The notes: generated by a model from the letters alone, not told the origin. A DNA stretch of 64,000 bases from an uncultured Lachnospiraceae bacterium (GCA_944381745.1 CALWMI010000038.1:23934-87933); one strand, 5' to 3'; shown: positions 8,780 through 18,235, numbered from the stretch's first letter. A program made the numbers and translations.

Positions 8780-10334
8780 CATCAAAAGAAGAGGAACAAG
8801 AGCAAGGCTCACGAAGGAGCCGGGAGAAGGCAGAAGACCTTAACAGAATCTTTCCGAAACCGCTTATTTAAAATGAAGGAAATTCACAATTTTCGGAAAG
8901 CTGTCTTCAGAGGACAATGTTTCAAACAAATTCTTACGAGGAAAATTTTATCTCGCTTCACAATTGATCCGGCTGATGAGAAATTACCAATAGGGTCAGA
9001 GAAGACGGATAGAATCAGAGGTAAGGATGGAAGGTGGAACATAGAAGATGGCAGACCATCCAGAATGTTCGTGAATCAGAATTTTTAAAGACAGTGATGA
9101 CGGAACAGGAGTTCAGGAGCTAAGCCAGCAGCCAATTTAAAATGATGAAAATTTAAAATACCGGGCGGATAGTTTTTACCACTTGTTCAAGGATATTCCG
9201 GTTCAGAAAATTTTGGATCGCGCGAGCCGCAGCGGAGATGTCAATCACCACAAGGACGTGCAGGTACAGAATCAGGAGCAGGAGTTTGAGAGGAAGAAGA
9301 TAAGGCTGTCAAGCCAGACAGAGATGGTATTTTGAATCAGGATTTTTAAAGACCGCTAAGCAAGGCGAGGAGAGAACCCTGGAAAGCCACCAATTTAAAA
9401 TGATGAAAATTCAGAAATTCAGGTGATATGCTTTTTGGAAATCTTGCCAAGGATATCCCATTTCAGAAAATTTTAAAGGAGACTGGAAGATTTGGTTCGA
9501 CTGACCTGGAAGAGGTCAAAGAATTATTTCAAAGGTGGAATTTAGAATCGGGAAAAGGGGTTTGAGGTGGAGGAGGAAGAAGCAGTAAGCCAGCAAGAAT
9601 ATTCGTGAATCGAGAGTTTTAAAGACGGTGATGTTGAGGAGGAGGAAGTTGCTTCAGCAGTCCGTGACGAGAAAGCGGAGGAGAAGTTAAGAGGTGAGGG
9701 AGCCTTCCGGACACTCTGAGATCCCACAGGGGATCGGGTACCGATTCTGCAAGATATGAGGTGAGTCCCATGGACAGTCAAACAGAATTATTTCTCATCA
9801 GCTACTTCGGGATGTACGGAGTAATTGATGAGGTAGAGAAAGCCAATTCGTAATACGGAGAGACTTCAGGAGAATTGTAGGGAGCATAGCAGCGAGAGTG
9901 CTGCAGAGCTACACATTCATGAATTTGAAAGATAGTTGGGAAGTCCTTCTTCGTATTGATTAAGAAGAGGAACCATACAACTGAATATAGATGATGATGA
10001 CAGGTAAAGGCACGAGGTAGATATTCTTCCAAATAGAAAAACTAAGTAAAGGAAGGTACGGACCACCGAAAACATAAGTTTATAAAATTGGAAGACTAAG
10101 CAAAGGAAGGTATAGACCACCAAGAACGTAAGTTGAACTGAGACTGAATTTTATGCCGTGGCAGGAGAGGCTGTCAGGCAAGCGAAGAAAAGGAAGTCGA
10201 AATAATTTAAGTAAAGGAAGGTATAGACCACCGGAAATATAAATTCAGCATAGAATATTTACCGGAGTGCTTAGCAAACAAGATGTCATGAATACAAATA
10301 TTAGGGGAACACCGATGAGGCGTTCCCCTTTTTT
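8780..10334 (+). ncRNA. Candidate large structured non-coding RNA (or cluster of RNAs), family not recognised
   Basis: Bounded by a promoter and a terminator; no RBS-supported long ORF; many nested stems with GU pairs; internal repeats; strong purine bias on the + strand. Confidence 0.55.
10303..10334 (+). terminator. Rho-independent terminator
   Basis: AGGGGAAC (10303-10310) / GTTCCCCT (10322-10329) stem followed by a T run. Confidence 0.85.
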
Positions 10335-10432
10335 CTTGCCTTTTCCCCAATTGTAAAATTTTGAAAATCTATAGTGTTTTTCCAGCAAACATAGTAGAAT
10401 AGAGAAAAAGTATCCGAAGAAGAGGTGGAACG

Positions 10433-11971
10433 ATGCAGATTTTGACGTTTGCCGGAATAGATATTGGCTCCTATGAAGTGGGAATGAAGATTTTTGAGCT
10501 CTCAGCCAAGAATGGAATGAAGGAGATTACTTATATCAGGCACAGGATCGAGCTGGGGAAGGACGCTTATAATACAGGGAAGATCAGCGCCCAGCGGATG
10601 AATGAGCTGTGCGGGGTGCTGGCAGGATTCGTGGATATTATGCGGGAGTACCAGGTGGACGCCTACAGGGCCTGTGTCACAAGCGCGATCCGGGAGGCCG
10701 ACAATGGCCTCTTGGTGTTGGAGAATGTGCGCGTGAGGACGGGGATTGACGTGGAGGCCCTGAGCAACTCTGAGCAGCGGTTTCTGGGATACAAGTCCAT
10801 CGCCTACCAGGGGAAGCAGTTTGAGGAGATGATCCGCAAGGGAACCGCGATCTTTGACGTGGGCGGGGGGAGTATCCAGCTGTCGCTGTTCGACAAGGAT
10901 AAGCTGGTGACCACCCAGAATATCCGGATGGGGATCCTGCGTATCCGGGAGCGTATCGCTGCGATCGAGGACCGGCCGGAGCGCCAGGCTGAGCTGGTGG
11001 AGGAGCTGGTGGACAGTGAAATTGCCTCCTTCCGCAAGCTGTACCTGAAGGACCGGGATATCAAGAGCGTCATTTTTGTGGGGGACTACATCAACTATAT
11101 CGTCAAGACATTCAGGAAGGACGGAAGCCTTGTGGTGGCCCGGGAGGAGCTCCTTGCGCAGCTGGAGGCGTACTCCCGGATGAAGCCCGAGGAGACGGCC
11201 AGAAAGCTTGGCATCCCTGCGGACAACGCCTCTCTGATTCTTCCGTCGATGATCATCTACAAGCGGCTGGTGGAGATGACCAACGCGGAGGTGATCTGGG
11301 CGCCGGGGCGGAACCTGAGCGACGGGCTGGCCTATGATTACGGGGAGAGGCATAAACTTATCAAGACCTCCCACAACTTTGAGAACGATATCCTGGCGGC
11401 GGCGAAGAACATCTCCAAGAGATATCTGTCGGACAAAGCCCACATCAACCAGGTGGATGGGCTGGGGCTGCAGATACTGGATGCGATCAGGAAGGTGAGC
11501 GGGCTGGGGCCGAGAGACCGGCTGCTGTTCAGCATCGCCGTGCAGCTGCACCAGTGCGGGAAGTATATCACCGTATCCAAGGCGGCGGAGTGCAACTATG
11601 ATATTGTGATGGCCACGGAGATTATCGGGCTGTCCCACAAGGAGAGGAACCTGGTGGCCAATATTGTGCGCTATACAACGGAGGAATTTCCCACCTACGA
11701 GAAGCTGGCGGCCACGGAGGAGATCGAGGAGGACACCTATCTGCGCATCATGAAGCTGACCGCCGTATTCCGCGCGGCAAATGCGTTGGACCGCAGCCAT
11801 AGGCAGAAGATCAAGAATATGAAGGCAGTGTTGAAGGATTACAAGCTGCAGCTGAATATCAGCGACAATGTGGATTTGACGCTGGAGAAGGACGCGCTGG
11901 ACGACAAGGGGGATTTCTTTGAGTACGTGTTTGGGATACGCCCGGTCATCCGCCAGAAGAAGAAATTCTGA
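10433..11971 (+). CDS. ppx: Exopolyphosphatase, Ppx/GppA family
   Basis: GIDIGS, TSAIREA, EQRF and FDVGGGSIQLS ASKHA motifs plus an HD-like C-terminus; adjacent to ppk1. Confidence 0.9.
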   Translation: MQILTFAGIDIGSYEVGMKIFELSAKNGMKEITYIRHRIELGKDAYNTGKISAQRMNELCGVLAGFVDIMREYQVDAYRACVTSAIREADNGLLVLENVRVRTGIDVEALSNSEQRFLGYKSIAYQGKQFEEMIRKGTAIFDVGGGSIQLSLFDKDKLVTTQNIRMGILRIRERIAAIEDRPERQAELVEELVDSEIASFRKLYLKDRDIKSVIFVGDYINYIVKTFRKDGSLVVAREELLAQLEAYSRMKPEETARKLGIPADNASLILPSMIIYKRLVEMTNAEVIWAPGRNLSDGLAYDYGERHKLIKTSHNFENDILAAAKNISKRYLSDKAHINQVDGLGLQILDAIRKVSGLGPRDRLLFSIAVQLHQCGKYITVSKAAECNYDIVMATEIIGLSHKERNLVANIVRYTTEEFPTYEKLAATEEIEEDTYLRIMKLTAVFRAANALDRSHRQKIKNMKAVLKDYKLQLNISDNVDLTLEKDALDDKGDFFEYVFGIRPVIRQKKKF

Positions 11972-12018
11972 GGCGGGGCGGGAAATTTGGCTGTAGGAGC
12001 ACAGGAGGCAAGGAGAAG

Positions 12019-14187
12019 ATGGATTTTTTGAAACCGGAATATTACAGGAACAGGGAGCTGAGCTGGATTCAGTTCAATGAGCGGGTGCTAGGAGAGGCGA
12101 GGGATAAGACCCTGCTCTTGTTTGAGAGATTGAAGTTCCTGAGCATCACGGCGTCCAACCTGGATGAATTTTTCATGATCCGGGTAGCGTCCCTCAAGGA
12201 TATGGTAAACGCGAACTATATGAAGCCGGACATTGCCGGCATGACGCCGTCTATGCAGCTGGAGGAGATCAGCGGCAAGGTGCATGAGCTTGTGGGGGTG
12301 CAGTACTCCACCCTGATCCGCTCCCTGATCCCGGCGCTTAAGCAGAACGGGCTGATTTTTGTCAGGGAGCACGAGGAGCTGGGGGAAGAGGACGCGGCGT
12401 ATGTGGACCGCTATTTTGCGGAAAATGTGTATCCGGTGCTGACGCCTATGGCGGTGGATTCCTCCAGGCCCTTCCCGTTGGTGCGCAACAAGACGCTGAA
12501 TATCGGGGCGCTGGTGAAGCGCAAGCCGGAGAAGGCGGTGGGAAAAGCGGAGGACAGCGGGAAGGAAGGGCAGAAGGATGAGGTGGAGTTTGCCACGGTG
12601 CAGGTTCCGTCCGTGCTGCCGAGAATTGTGGAGCTTCCGCCGAAGAGCGACGGGACGCGGCAGGTGATCCTGCTGGAGGAGATTATCGAGCGCAACATCG
12701 CGAAGCTGTTCCTCAACTACGATGTGATCTGTGCCCATCCCTACCGGGTGATGCGCAACGCGGATCTTACCATCGATGAGGACGAGGCGGCCGATCTCCT
12801 CAAGGAGATCCAGAAGCAGCTGAAGAAGCGGCAGTGGGGGGAGGTCATCCGCCTGGAGGTGGAGGACTCGATGGATAAGCAGCTGTTCAAAATACTCAAG
12901 AGGGAGTTCAATGTGAAGGAGAGTGAGATCTACCGGATCAACGGGCCGCTGGATTTGACCTTCCTCATGAAGCTCTACGGCCTGGAGGGCTTTGAACAGC
13001 TGAAAGCGCCGAAGCACGTGCCGGCCCCGGTTCCCCAGATGATGGGCGAGGGGAGCATTTTCCGGAAGATCCGGGGAGGGGATATTCTGCTGCACCATCC
13101 CTACCAGAGCTTCGACCCGGTGGTGGATTTTGTCCGGGAAGCTGCGAAGGATCCGCAGGTGCTGGCAATCAAGCAGACGCTGTACCGGGTGAGCGGCAAC
13201 TCGCCGATCATCGCGGCCCTGGCGCAGGCGGCCGAGAACGGCAAGCAGGTCAGCGTCCTGGTGGAGCTGAAGGCCAGATTTGACGAGGAGAACAACATTG
13301 TGTGGGCGAAGATGCTGGAGAAGGCCGGGTGCCATGTCATTTACGGCCTGGTAGGGCTCAAGACCCACAGCAAGATCACCCTGGTGGTGCGCCGGGAGGA
13401 GGACGGCATACGCCGGTACGTCCACCTGGGCACGGGAAATTATAACGACGCCACGGCCAAGCAGTATACGGACTGCGGGCTTCTCACCTGTTCCCCGGCC
13501 ATGGGGGAGGACGCCACGGCTGTGTTCAACATGCTGTCCGGCTATTCTGAGCCGCTCACCTGGAATAAGCTGGTGCTGGCGCCGATCTGGCTGCGGGACC
13601 GCTTCCTGGAGCTGATCCGCCGGGAGAGGGACAATGCCCGCGTTGGCAAACCGGCGAAGATTGTGGCAAAGATGAATTCCCTGTGCGACCAGGAGATCAT
13701 CGCCGCCCTCTACGAGGCATCGGCGGCGGGAGTGGAGATCGACCTGATTATCCGCGGGATCTGCTGCCTGAAGGTGGGGATCCCTGGAGTCAGCGAGCAT
13801 ATCCGGGTGCGCTCGATTGTGGGCAATTTCCTGGAGCATGCGCGGATTTTCTATTTCCTGAACAATGGGCAGGAGGAGCTGTACATGGGGAGCGCGGACT
13901 GGATGCCCCGCAACCTGGATAAGCGGGTGGAAATCCTCTTCCCTGTGGAGGCCAAGGGGCCGAAGGAGGAGGGAAAACACATCCTGGAGATTCAGCTGGC
14001 GGATACGCTGAAGGCGCATGTGCTGCAGAAGGACGGCCTCTATGAGAAGGTGGACCGCAGGGGCAAGGAGCCTCTGTGCGCCCAGGAGTATTTTGCCGGG
14101 GAGGCCTGGGAGATGGCTGACGCGGCGCAGGAGGAGGAGACTCTCAACGACCGGGTGTTTGTGCCGGAGGAGCCGGTGGAAGAGTGA
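12019..14187 (+). CDS. ppk1: Polyphosphate kinase 1
   Basis: NRELSWIQFNERVL, NLDEFFMIRVA, HHPYQSF, ELKARFDE, KTHSK, HLGTGNYN and SADWMPRNL motifs. Confidence 0.97.
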   Translation: MDFLKPEYYRNRELSWIQFNERVLGEARDKTLLLFERLKFLSITASNLDEFFMIRVASLKDMVNANYMKPDIAGMTPSMQLEEISGKVHELVGVQYSTLIRSLIPALKQNGLIFVREHEELGEEDAAYVDRYFAENVYPVLTPMAVDSSRPFPLVRNKTLNIGALVKRKPEKAVGKAEDSGKEGQKDEVEFATVQVPSVLPRIVELPPKSDGTRQVILLEEIIERNIAKLFLNYDVICAHPYRVMRNADLTIDEDEAADLLKEIQKQLKKRQWGEVIRLEVEDSMDKQLFKILKREFNVKESEIYRINGPLDLTFLMKLYGLEGFEQLKAPKHVPAPVPQMMGEGSIFRKIRGGDILLHHPYQSFDPVVDFVREAAKDPQVLAIKQTLYRVSGNSPIIAALAQAAENGKQVSVLVELKARFDEENNIVWAKMLEKAGCHVIYGLVGLKTHSKITLVVRREEDGIRRYVHLGTGNYNDATAKQYTDCGLLTCSPAMGEDATAVFNMLSGYSEPLTWNKLVLAPIWLRDRFLELIRRERDNARVGKPAKIVAKMNSLCDQEIIAALYEASAAGVEIDLIIRGICCLKVGIPGVSEHIRVRSIVGNFLEHARIFYFLNNGQEELYMGSADWMPRNLDKRVEILFPVEAKGPKEEGKHILEIQLADTLKAHVLQKDGLYEKVDRRGKEPLCAQEYFAGEAWEMADAAQEEETLNDRVFVPEEPVEE

Positions 14188-14286
14188 CCGCCCCTTGGAA
14201 GCGGGATATGTCACGAAGAGTGACCGCCCCTTGGAAGCGGGATATGCCATGAAGAGCGGCTGTCCCTCAGAAGCGAGATATATCAC
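14179..14286 (+). repeat. 3 x 36-nt tandem repeat spanning the ppk1 stop codon
   Basis: gaagagtgaccgccccttggaagcgggatatg.. at 14179 and 14215, with a degenerate copy at 14251. Confidence 0.9.
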
Positions 14287-14311
14287 AATGTATGAAAAAG
14301 GCCCGGGGTGC

Positions 14312-15340
14312 TTAGGCATCCCGGGTCAATAGATATTTCTCGATCACTTCCGCGAAGCCGCTGTGATTGTGGTCGGCGGCTGTGACAAAGTCTGCGGCCT
14401 CCTTGAGCCTGGGGAGGCTGTTGCTCATGGCAGCGCCGATGTGCGCGGCCTCCAGGAGGGACAGGTCGTTTTCCGAGTCGCCCACAGCCACCGTGTTCTC
14501 CGGCGGGATATTGAGGAAGAGGGCGAGGCGGCGCAGGGCGTCCCCTTTGGAGACGCCGGCCGGGATGACCTCCAGGTACTGGGGGTTGGAGAACAGGGAA
14601 TCCACCTGGCCGGGGAACATTTCCAGCACGCGGCGGCGGAAGCCTTCCAGCTTCTCATGGTCGTTGAGATCGATGAGGAGAAGCTTGGGGATCTCCGTGG
14701 TGAGATAGGCGGGGATATCATCCACAATCTTGGTAGGCATGATGTTGCGCTGGGTGTACACTTCAAATTCCGGGGTCATGGCCTCGGAGATGACATAGCC
14801 GTCCTCGTACGCCTGGAAGTGGATATGGGCCTTGCGCGCCTCGGCGGCCACAGCACGCACGCAGGAGGGGGCGAGTGTCCGGCTGTAGATGGCCCTCTCC
14901 TGGCGGCAGTCGTAGATCAGGCCGCCGTTGAAGGTGATGACATACCCTCCTTTGCGGTCAAGGCCCAGCTGCCGGGCGAAGGGCAGCGTGCTGGACAGGG
15001 CGCGCCCGGTGGTCAGGACGACGATGTGGCCAGCGTCCAGGGCTGCATGGATGGCAGCCTGGTTCTCCGGGGACACCTGCTGATGGTCGTCCAGCAGCGT
15101 CCCATCCATATCGGTGAAAAGAGCCTTGACCGGGCAGGAGCGGTAGGCGTCCCGCTCCTTCTTGAGAAGCGCCTCCAGCGCCTCGTCGCTCTGGCTGATC
15201 CACACGTCCTCCTCCTCGTCGTTGAGCCCCAGATACTGGGCGAGGGTACACGTCTCGTCGCTGAAATTCCAGCGGCTTGTATAGCGGTCGATCTCCTCGA
15301 AGGGGATCTTGCCTTCAAAAAATTGTTCTTTAAATGTCAT
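14312..15340 (-). CDS. Cof-type HAD hydrolase (subclass IIB) with an extra ~65-aa N-terminal domain
   Basis: FTDMDGTLL, LTTGR, SKG and AVGDSENDLSLL motifs; start set at ATG 15340 after a GGAGG RBS. Confidence 0.88.
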   Translation of the reverse strand: MTFKEQFFEGKIPFEEIDRYTSRWNFSDETCTLAQYLGLNDEEEDVWISQSDEALEALLKKERDAYRSCPVKALFTDMDGTLLDDHQQVSPENQAAIHAALDAGHIVVLTTGRALSSTLPFARQLGLDRKGGYVITFNGGLIYDCRQERAIYSRTLAPSCVRAVAAEARKAHIHFQAYEDGYVISEAMTPEFEVYTQRNIMPTKIVDDIPAYLTTEIPKLLLIDLNDHEKLEGFRRRVLEMFPGQVDSLFSNPQYLEVIPAGVSKGDALRRLALFLNIPPENTVAVGDSENDLSLLEAAHIGAAMSNSLPRLKEAADFVTAADHNHSGFAEVIEKYLLTRDA

Positions 15341-15430
15341 GGCGGCCTCCTGTTCTTTTGTGGGATCCTGGCAGCCGGGGAGGCGTGCCGGGATCGGTTG
15401 CTCCCCATAGTATAACAGATATTGGGGGGA

Positions 15431-15459
15431 TTGACAAATGCGGGGAAATCCCCTATACT
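15431..15459 (+). promoter_or_regulatory. sigma-A promoter of fabH
   Basis: TTGACA 15431-15436, 17-nt spacer, TATACT 15454-15459. Confidence 0.8.
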
Positions 15460-15469
15460 TTGGAAAGAT

Positions 15470-15486
15470 ACTTTGAATATCAAAAT
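15470..15486. promoter_or_regulatory. FabT-like (MarR) operator ACTTTGAATATCAAAAT
   Basis: TTTGA-N3-TCAAA palindrome; identical copy at 28750-28766 before acpP. Confidence 0.75.
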
Positions 15487-15503
15487 AAAAAGGATGGAAG
15501 GCC

Positions 15504-16481
15504 ATGAGGGCAAGAATTATCGGTACGGGGAGCGCACATCCCCGCATGCACGTGACAAACACGGAGCTGGCAGAGTTCCTGGACACCTCCGACGAGTGGA
15601 TCTCCACGAGGACCGGCATCTGCTCCAGATACATCTCCACGGGGGAGACGAACACCCAGCTCTGTGTGGAGGCGGCAAAAAAGGCGCTGGAAAGCGCGCA
15701 GATGGAGGCGGAAGAGCTGGAGCTCATCATTGTAGCTACGGTGTCACCGGACAATTATTTTCCCAACACGGGATGCCAGGTGCAGGGGCTCCTGGGGGCG
15801 AAGCGGGCGGCTGCCTTTGAGATCAACGCGGCCTGCTCGGGTTTCCTGTTCGCCCTGAATATGGCGCAGGCCTATATCCAGGCTGGCGTCTACAGCAATG
15901 CGCTGGTGATCGGCGCGGAGATTCTGTCCAAGATGATGGACTGGAAGGACAGGAGCACATGCGTGCTGTTCGGGGACGGGGCAGGAGCTGCGGTGGTGCG
16001 GGCGGAGGAGAGGGGAATGCTCTGTTTTGCCCAGCACTCGGACGGGGCGAAGGGGTCGGTGCTCTCCTGCCGGAACCGGATGATCAGTAACCATTATGTG
16101 AACCAGGAGTACCAGGCCGCAGGGGAACCGGCGGACCACACCCACATGGAGGGGCAGGAGGTGTTCCGCTTTGCCGTGCGCCGTGTGCCGGAGGTGATCG
16201 GGGAGCTCCTGGCGCAGGCACAGATGGATAAGGACGAGGTAGACTGGTATGTGCTCCACCAGGCAAATGAGCGAATCCTGCAGGCAGTGTCCAGGCGTCT
16301 GGGCATCCCGATGGAGAAATTCCCGATGAACCTGATGGAGTATGGGAACACCTCCGCAGCCAGCGTGCCGATCCTCCTGGATGAGGCGAACCGCCGCGGG
16401 CTGCTGCAAAGGGGACAGAAGGTGATTCTCTCTGGCTTCGGCGCCGGACTGACATGGGCGGGAGCGCTGCTGGAATGGTGA
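15504..16481 (+). CDS. fabH: 3-oxoacyl-ACP synthase III
   Basis: EWISTRTGI, AACSGF, VLFGDGAGA, HQAN, GNTSAAS and GFGAGLTW motifs. Confidence 0.97.
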   Translation: MRARIIGTGSAHPRMHVTNTELAEFLDTSDEWISTRTGICSRYISTGETNTQLCVEAAKKALESAQMEAEELELIIVATVSPDNYFPNTGCQVQGLLGAKRAAAFEINAACSGFLFALNMAQAYIQAGVYSNALVIGAEILSKMMDWKDRSTCVLFGDGAGAAVVRAEERGMLCFAQHSDGAKGSVLSCRNRMISNHYVNQEYQAAGEPADHTHMEGQEVFRFAVRRVPEVIGELLAQAQMDKDEVDWYVLHQANERILQAVSRRLGIPMEKFPMNLMEYGNTSAASVPILLDEANRRGLLQRGQKVILSGFGAGLTWAGALLEW

Positions 16482-16551
16482 CGCCCTGACAGGGGTATAA
16501 AATGGCCTTGCTTTCGGAAGACTAAGAAAAAAACGAAGGCGAGGTTTTTTT

Positions 16552-18018
16552 ATGTCACAGAACCAGGAGGGGCAGAGGCCGATCGGTGCGTCTCTGGAGG
16601 AAAATAAGGAGATCTGCGAACAGCTGCTGGGAATTTCCAAGAGCTTTGACCTGATCTGCCGCGATATGGAGATCGGGGGGAAGAAGAGCTGCTTTTATTT
16701 TGTGGACGGCTTTGTCAAGGACGAGGCGATGCTGAAAATTATGGATTCCCTGTACGGGATACAGGAGAAGGACATGCCGCCGGATATCGGGGGGCTTATG
16801 ACGGGCAAGCTGCCCTATGTGGAGGTGGACATCCTCACACAGTGGGAGGACATGAAGCGGAATCTCTTTTCGGGGGTGCTCTGCCTGTTTGTGGACGGGT
16901 ATGAGGGCTGCCTGGCTGTGGACTGCCGCACCTATCCGGCCAGGGGCGTGGAGGAGCCCCAGAAGGACAAGGTGCTCCGGGGTTCCCGGGACGGGTTTGT
17001 GGAGACGGTCGTCTTCAACACGGCGTTGATCCGCAGGCGGATCCGGGACACCAACCTGCGGATGGAGATGCTGAACGTGGGGCGCGCGTCCAAGACCGAT
17101 GTGGTGATGTGCTATATGGAGGGGCGGGCCAATGCCCAGCTGGTGGACAACATACGGGACCGCATCTGCAACATTGAGGTGGACGCCCTGACCATGAACC
17201 AGGAGAGCCTGGCGGAGTGCCTCTACCGGCGGAAATGGTATAACCCCTTCCCGAAATTCAAGTATACGGAGAGGCCGGACACGGCCTCGGCCTGCATCCT
17301 GGAGGGCAACATTGTCCTTCTGGTGGACACCTCCCCCTCGGCGATGGTCATACCCACGTCAATTTTCGACATTATCGAGGAGGCGGACGACTATTATTTC
17401 CCGCCGATCACCGGCACCTATTTGCGGGGGGCGCGTTTTTTTATTGCCTTTATCACCCTGTTCATGACGCCGCTCTTTCTCCTGCTGATGCAGAATCCCC
17501 AGTGGATACCGGAATGGCTGGCGTTTATCCAGATCCAGGAGACTGTCAACGTCCCCCTGATTTTTCAGTTCCTGATACTGGAGATCGCCGTGGACGGCCT
17601 GAAGCTGGCGGCCCTGAACACCCCGTCCATGCTGACCACACCCCTGAGTATCATCGCGGCGCTTGTGCTGGGGGAATTCTCGGTTAATTCCGGCTGGTTC
17701 AACAGTGAGGTCATGCTGTACATGGCCTTCGTCGCCCTGGCAAACTATACGCAGGCCAGCCTGGAGCTGGGCTATGCCCTCAAGTTCATGAGGGTCATCC
17801 TCCTGGTGGGGACTTCGCTCTTCAACCTCTGGGGATTTATCGGGGGCACGGTGCTGGTGACCCTTGCCGTCTGCATGAACAAGACGGTGGCAGGCTACAG
17901 CTATATCTATCCGCTGATCCCGTTTAAGCCGAAGGAATGCCTGCGCCGCTTTTTCCGCGTCCGCACGCCCCACACCTACAAGGACGAGGGGAGGGGCGAA
18001 GGGGGCAGCGGCTCGTGA
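16552..18018 (+). CDS. Spore germination protein, GerA/SpoVAF family
   Basis: RGSRDGFVET..FNTALIRRRIRD and TERPD motifs plus a hydrophobic C-terminal half. Confidence 0.88.
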   Translation: MSQNQEGQRPIGASLEENKEICEQLLGISKSFDLICRDMEIGGKKSCFYFVDGFVKDEAMLKIMDSLYGIQEKDMPPDIGGLMTGKLPYVEVDILTQWEDMKRNLFSGVLCLFVDGYEGCLAVDCRTYPARGVEEPQKDKVLRGSRDGFVETVVFNTALIRRRIRDTNLRMEMLNVGRASKTDVVMCYMEGRANAQLVDNIRDRICNIEVDALTMNQESLAECLYRRKWYNPFPKFKYTERPDTASACILEGNIVLLVDTSPSAMVIPTSIFDIIEEADDYYFPPITGTYLRGARFFIAFITLFMTPLFLLLMQNPQWIPEWLAFIQIQETVNVPLIFQFLILEIAVDGLKLAALNTPSMLTTPLSIIAALVLGEFSVNSGWFNSEVMLYMAFVALANYTQASLELGYALKFMRVILLVGTSLFNLWGFIGGTVLVTLAVCMNKTVAGYSYIYPLIPFKPKECLRRFFRVRTPHTYKDEGRGEGGSGS

Positions 18019-18051
18019 CGGACGGCCCCAGGGAGGGAAACATTTCGCAGC

Positions 18052-18160
18052 CTCGGGGAAAAGGGCAGGGGAAAACTCCGTACTCTCGGAGAAAAGGACA
18101 GGGGAAAACTTCGTGCTCTCGGGGAAAAGGGCAGGGAAAAACTCCACGTTTTCGGGGAAA
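18052..18160 (+). repeat. ~3.3 x 33-nt intergenic tandem repeat
   Basis: ctcggggaaaagggcaggggaaaact.. at 18052, 18085 and 18118, partial at 18151. Confidence 0.85.
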
Positions 18161-18235
18161 ATTCGCAAGGGAAACATTGCCTGTTTTGCGGGAAAATGAT
18201 ATAATCGAAAAAAACAGGAAAGGGAGTACCTGATT

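Noticed and set aside
8960-9015. CTGATGAG..GAAA hammerhead-like words
   Set aside because: No stem II between CUGAUGA and GAAA, and no correctly placed stems I/III or NUH site
8873-9088. 71-aa ORF and the short minus-strand ORFs (9542-10123) inside the large intergenic region
   Set aside because: No usable RBS, atypical composition, no recognisable motifs, and they overlap paired stems; better explained as chance frames
10041-10334. Type III toxin-antitoxin (ToxI/CptI-like) array
   Set aside because: The repeats are irregularly spaced, no H-type pseudoknot is evident, and the downstream gene is ppx rather than a toxin
14179-14286. 36-nt repeats as a mini CRISPR array (also 4265, 18052 and 41501)
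   Set aside because: Units are directly adjacent with no unique spacers, and no cas genes are present
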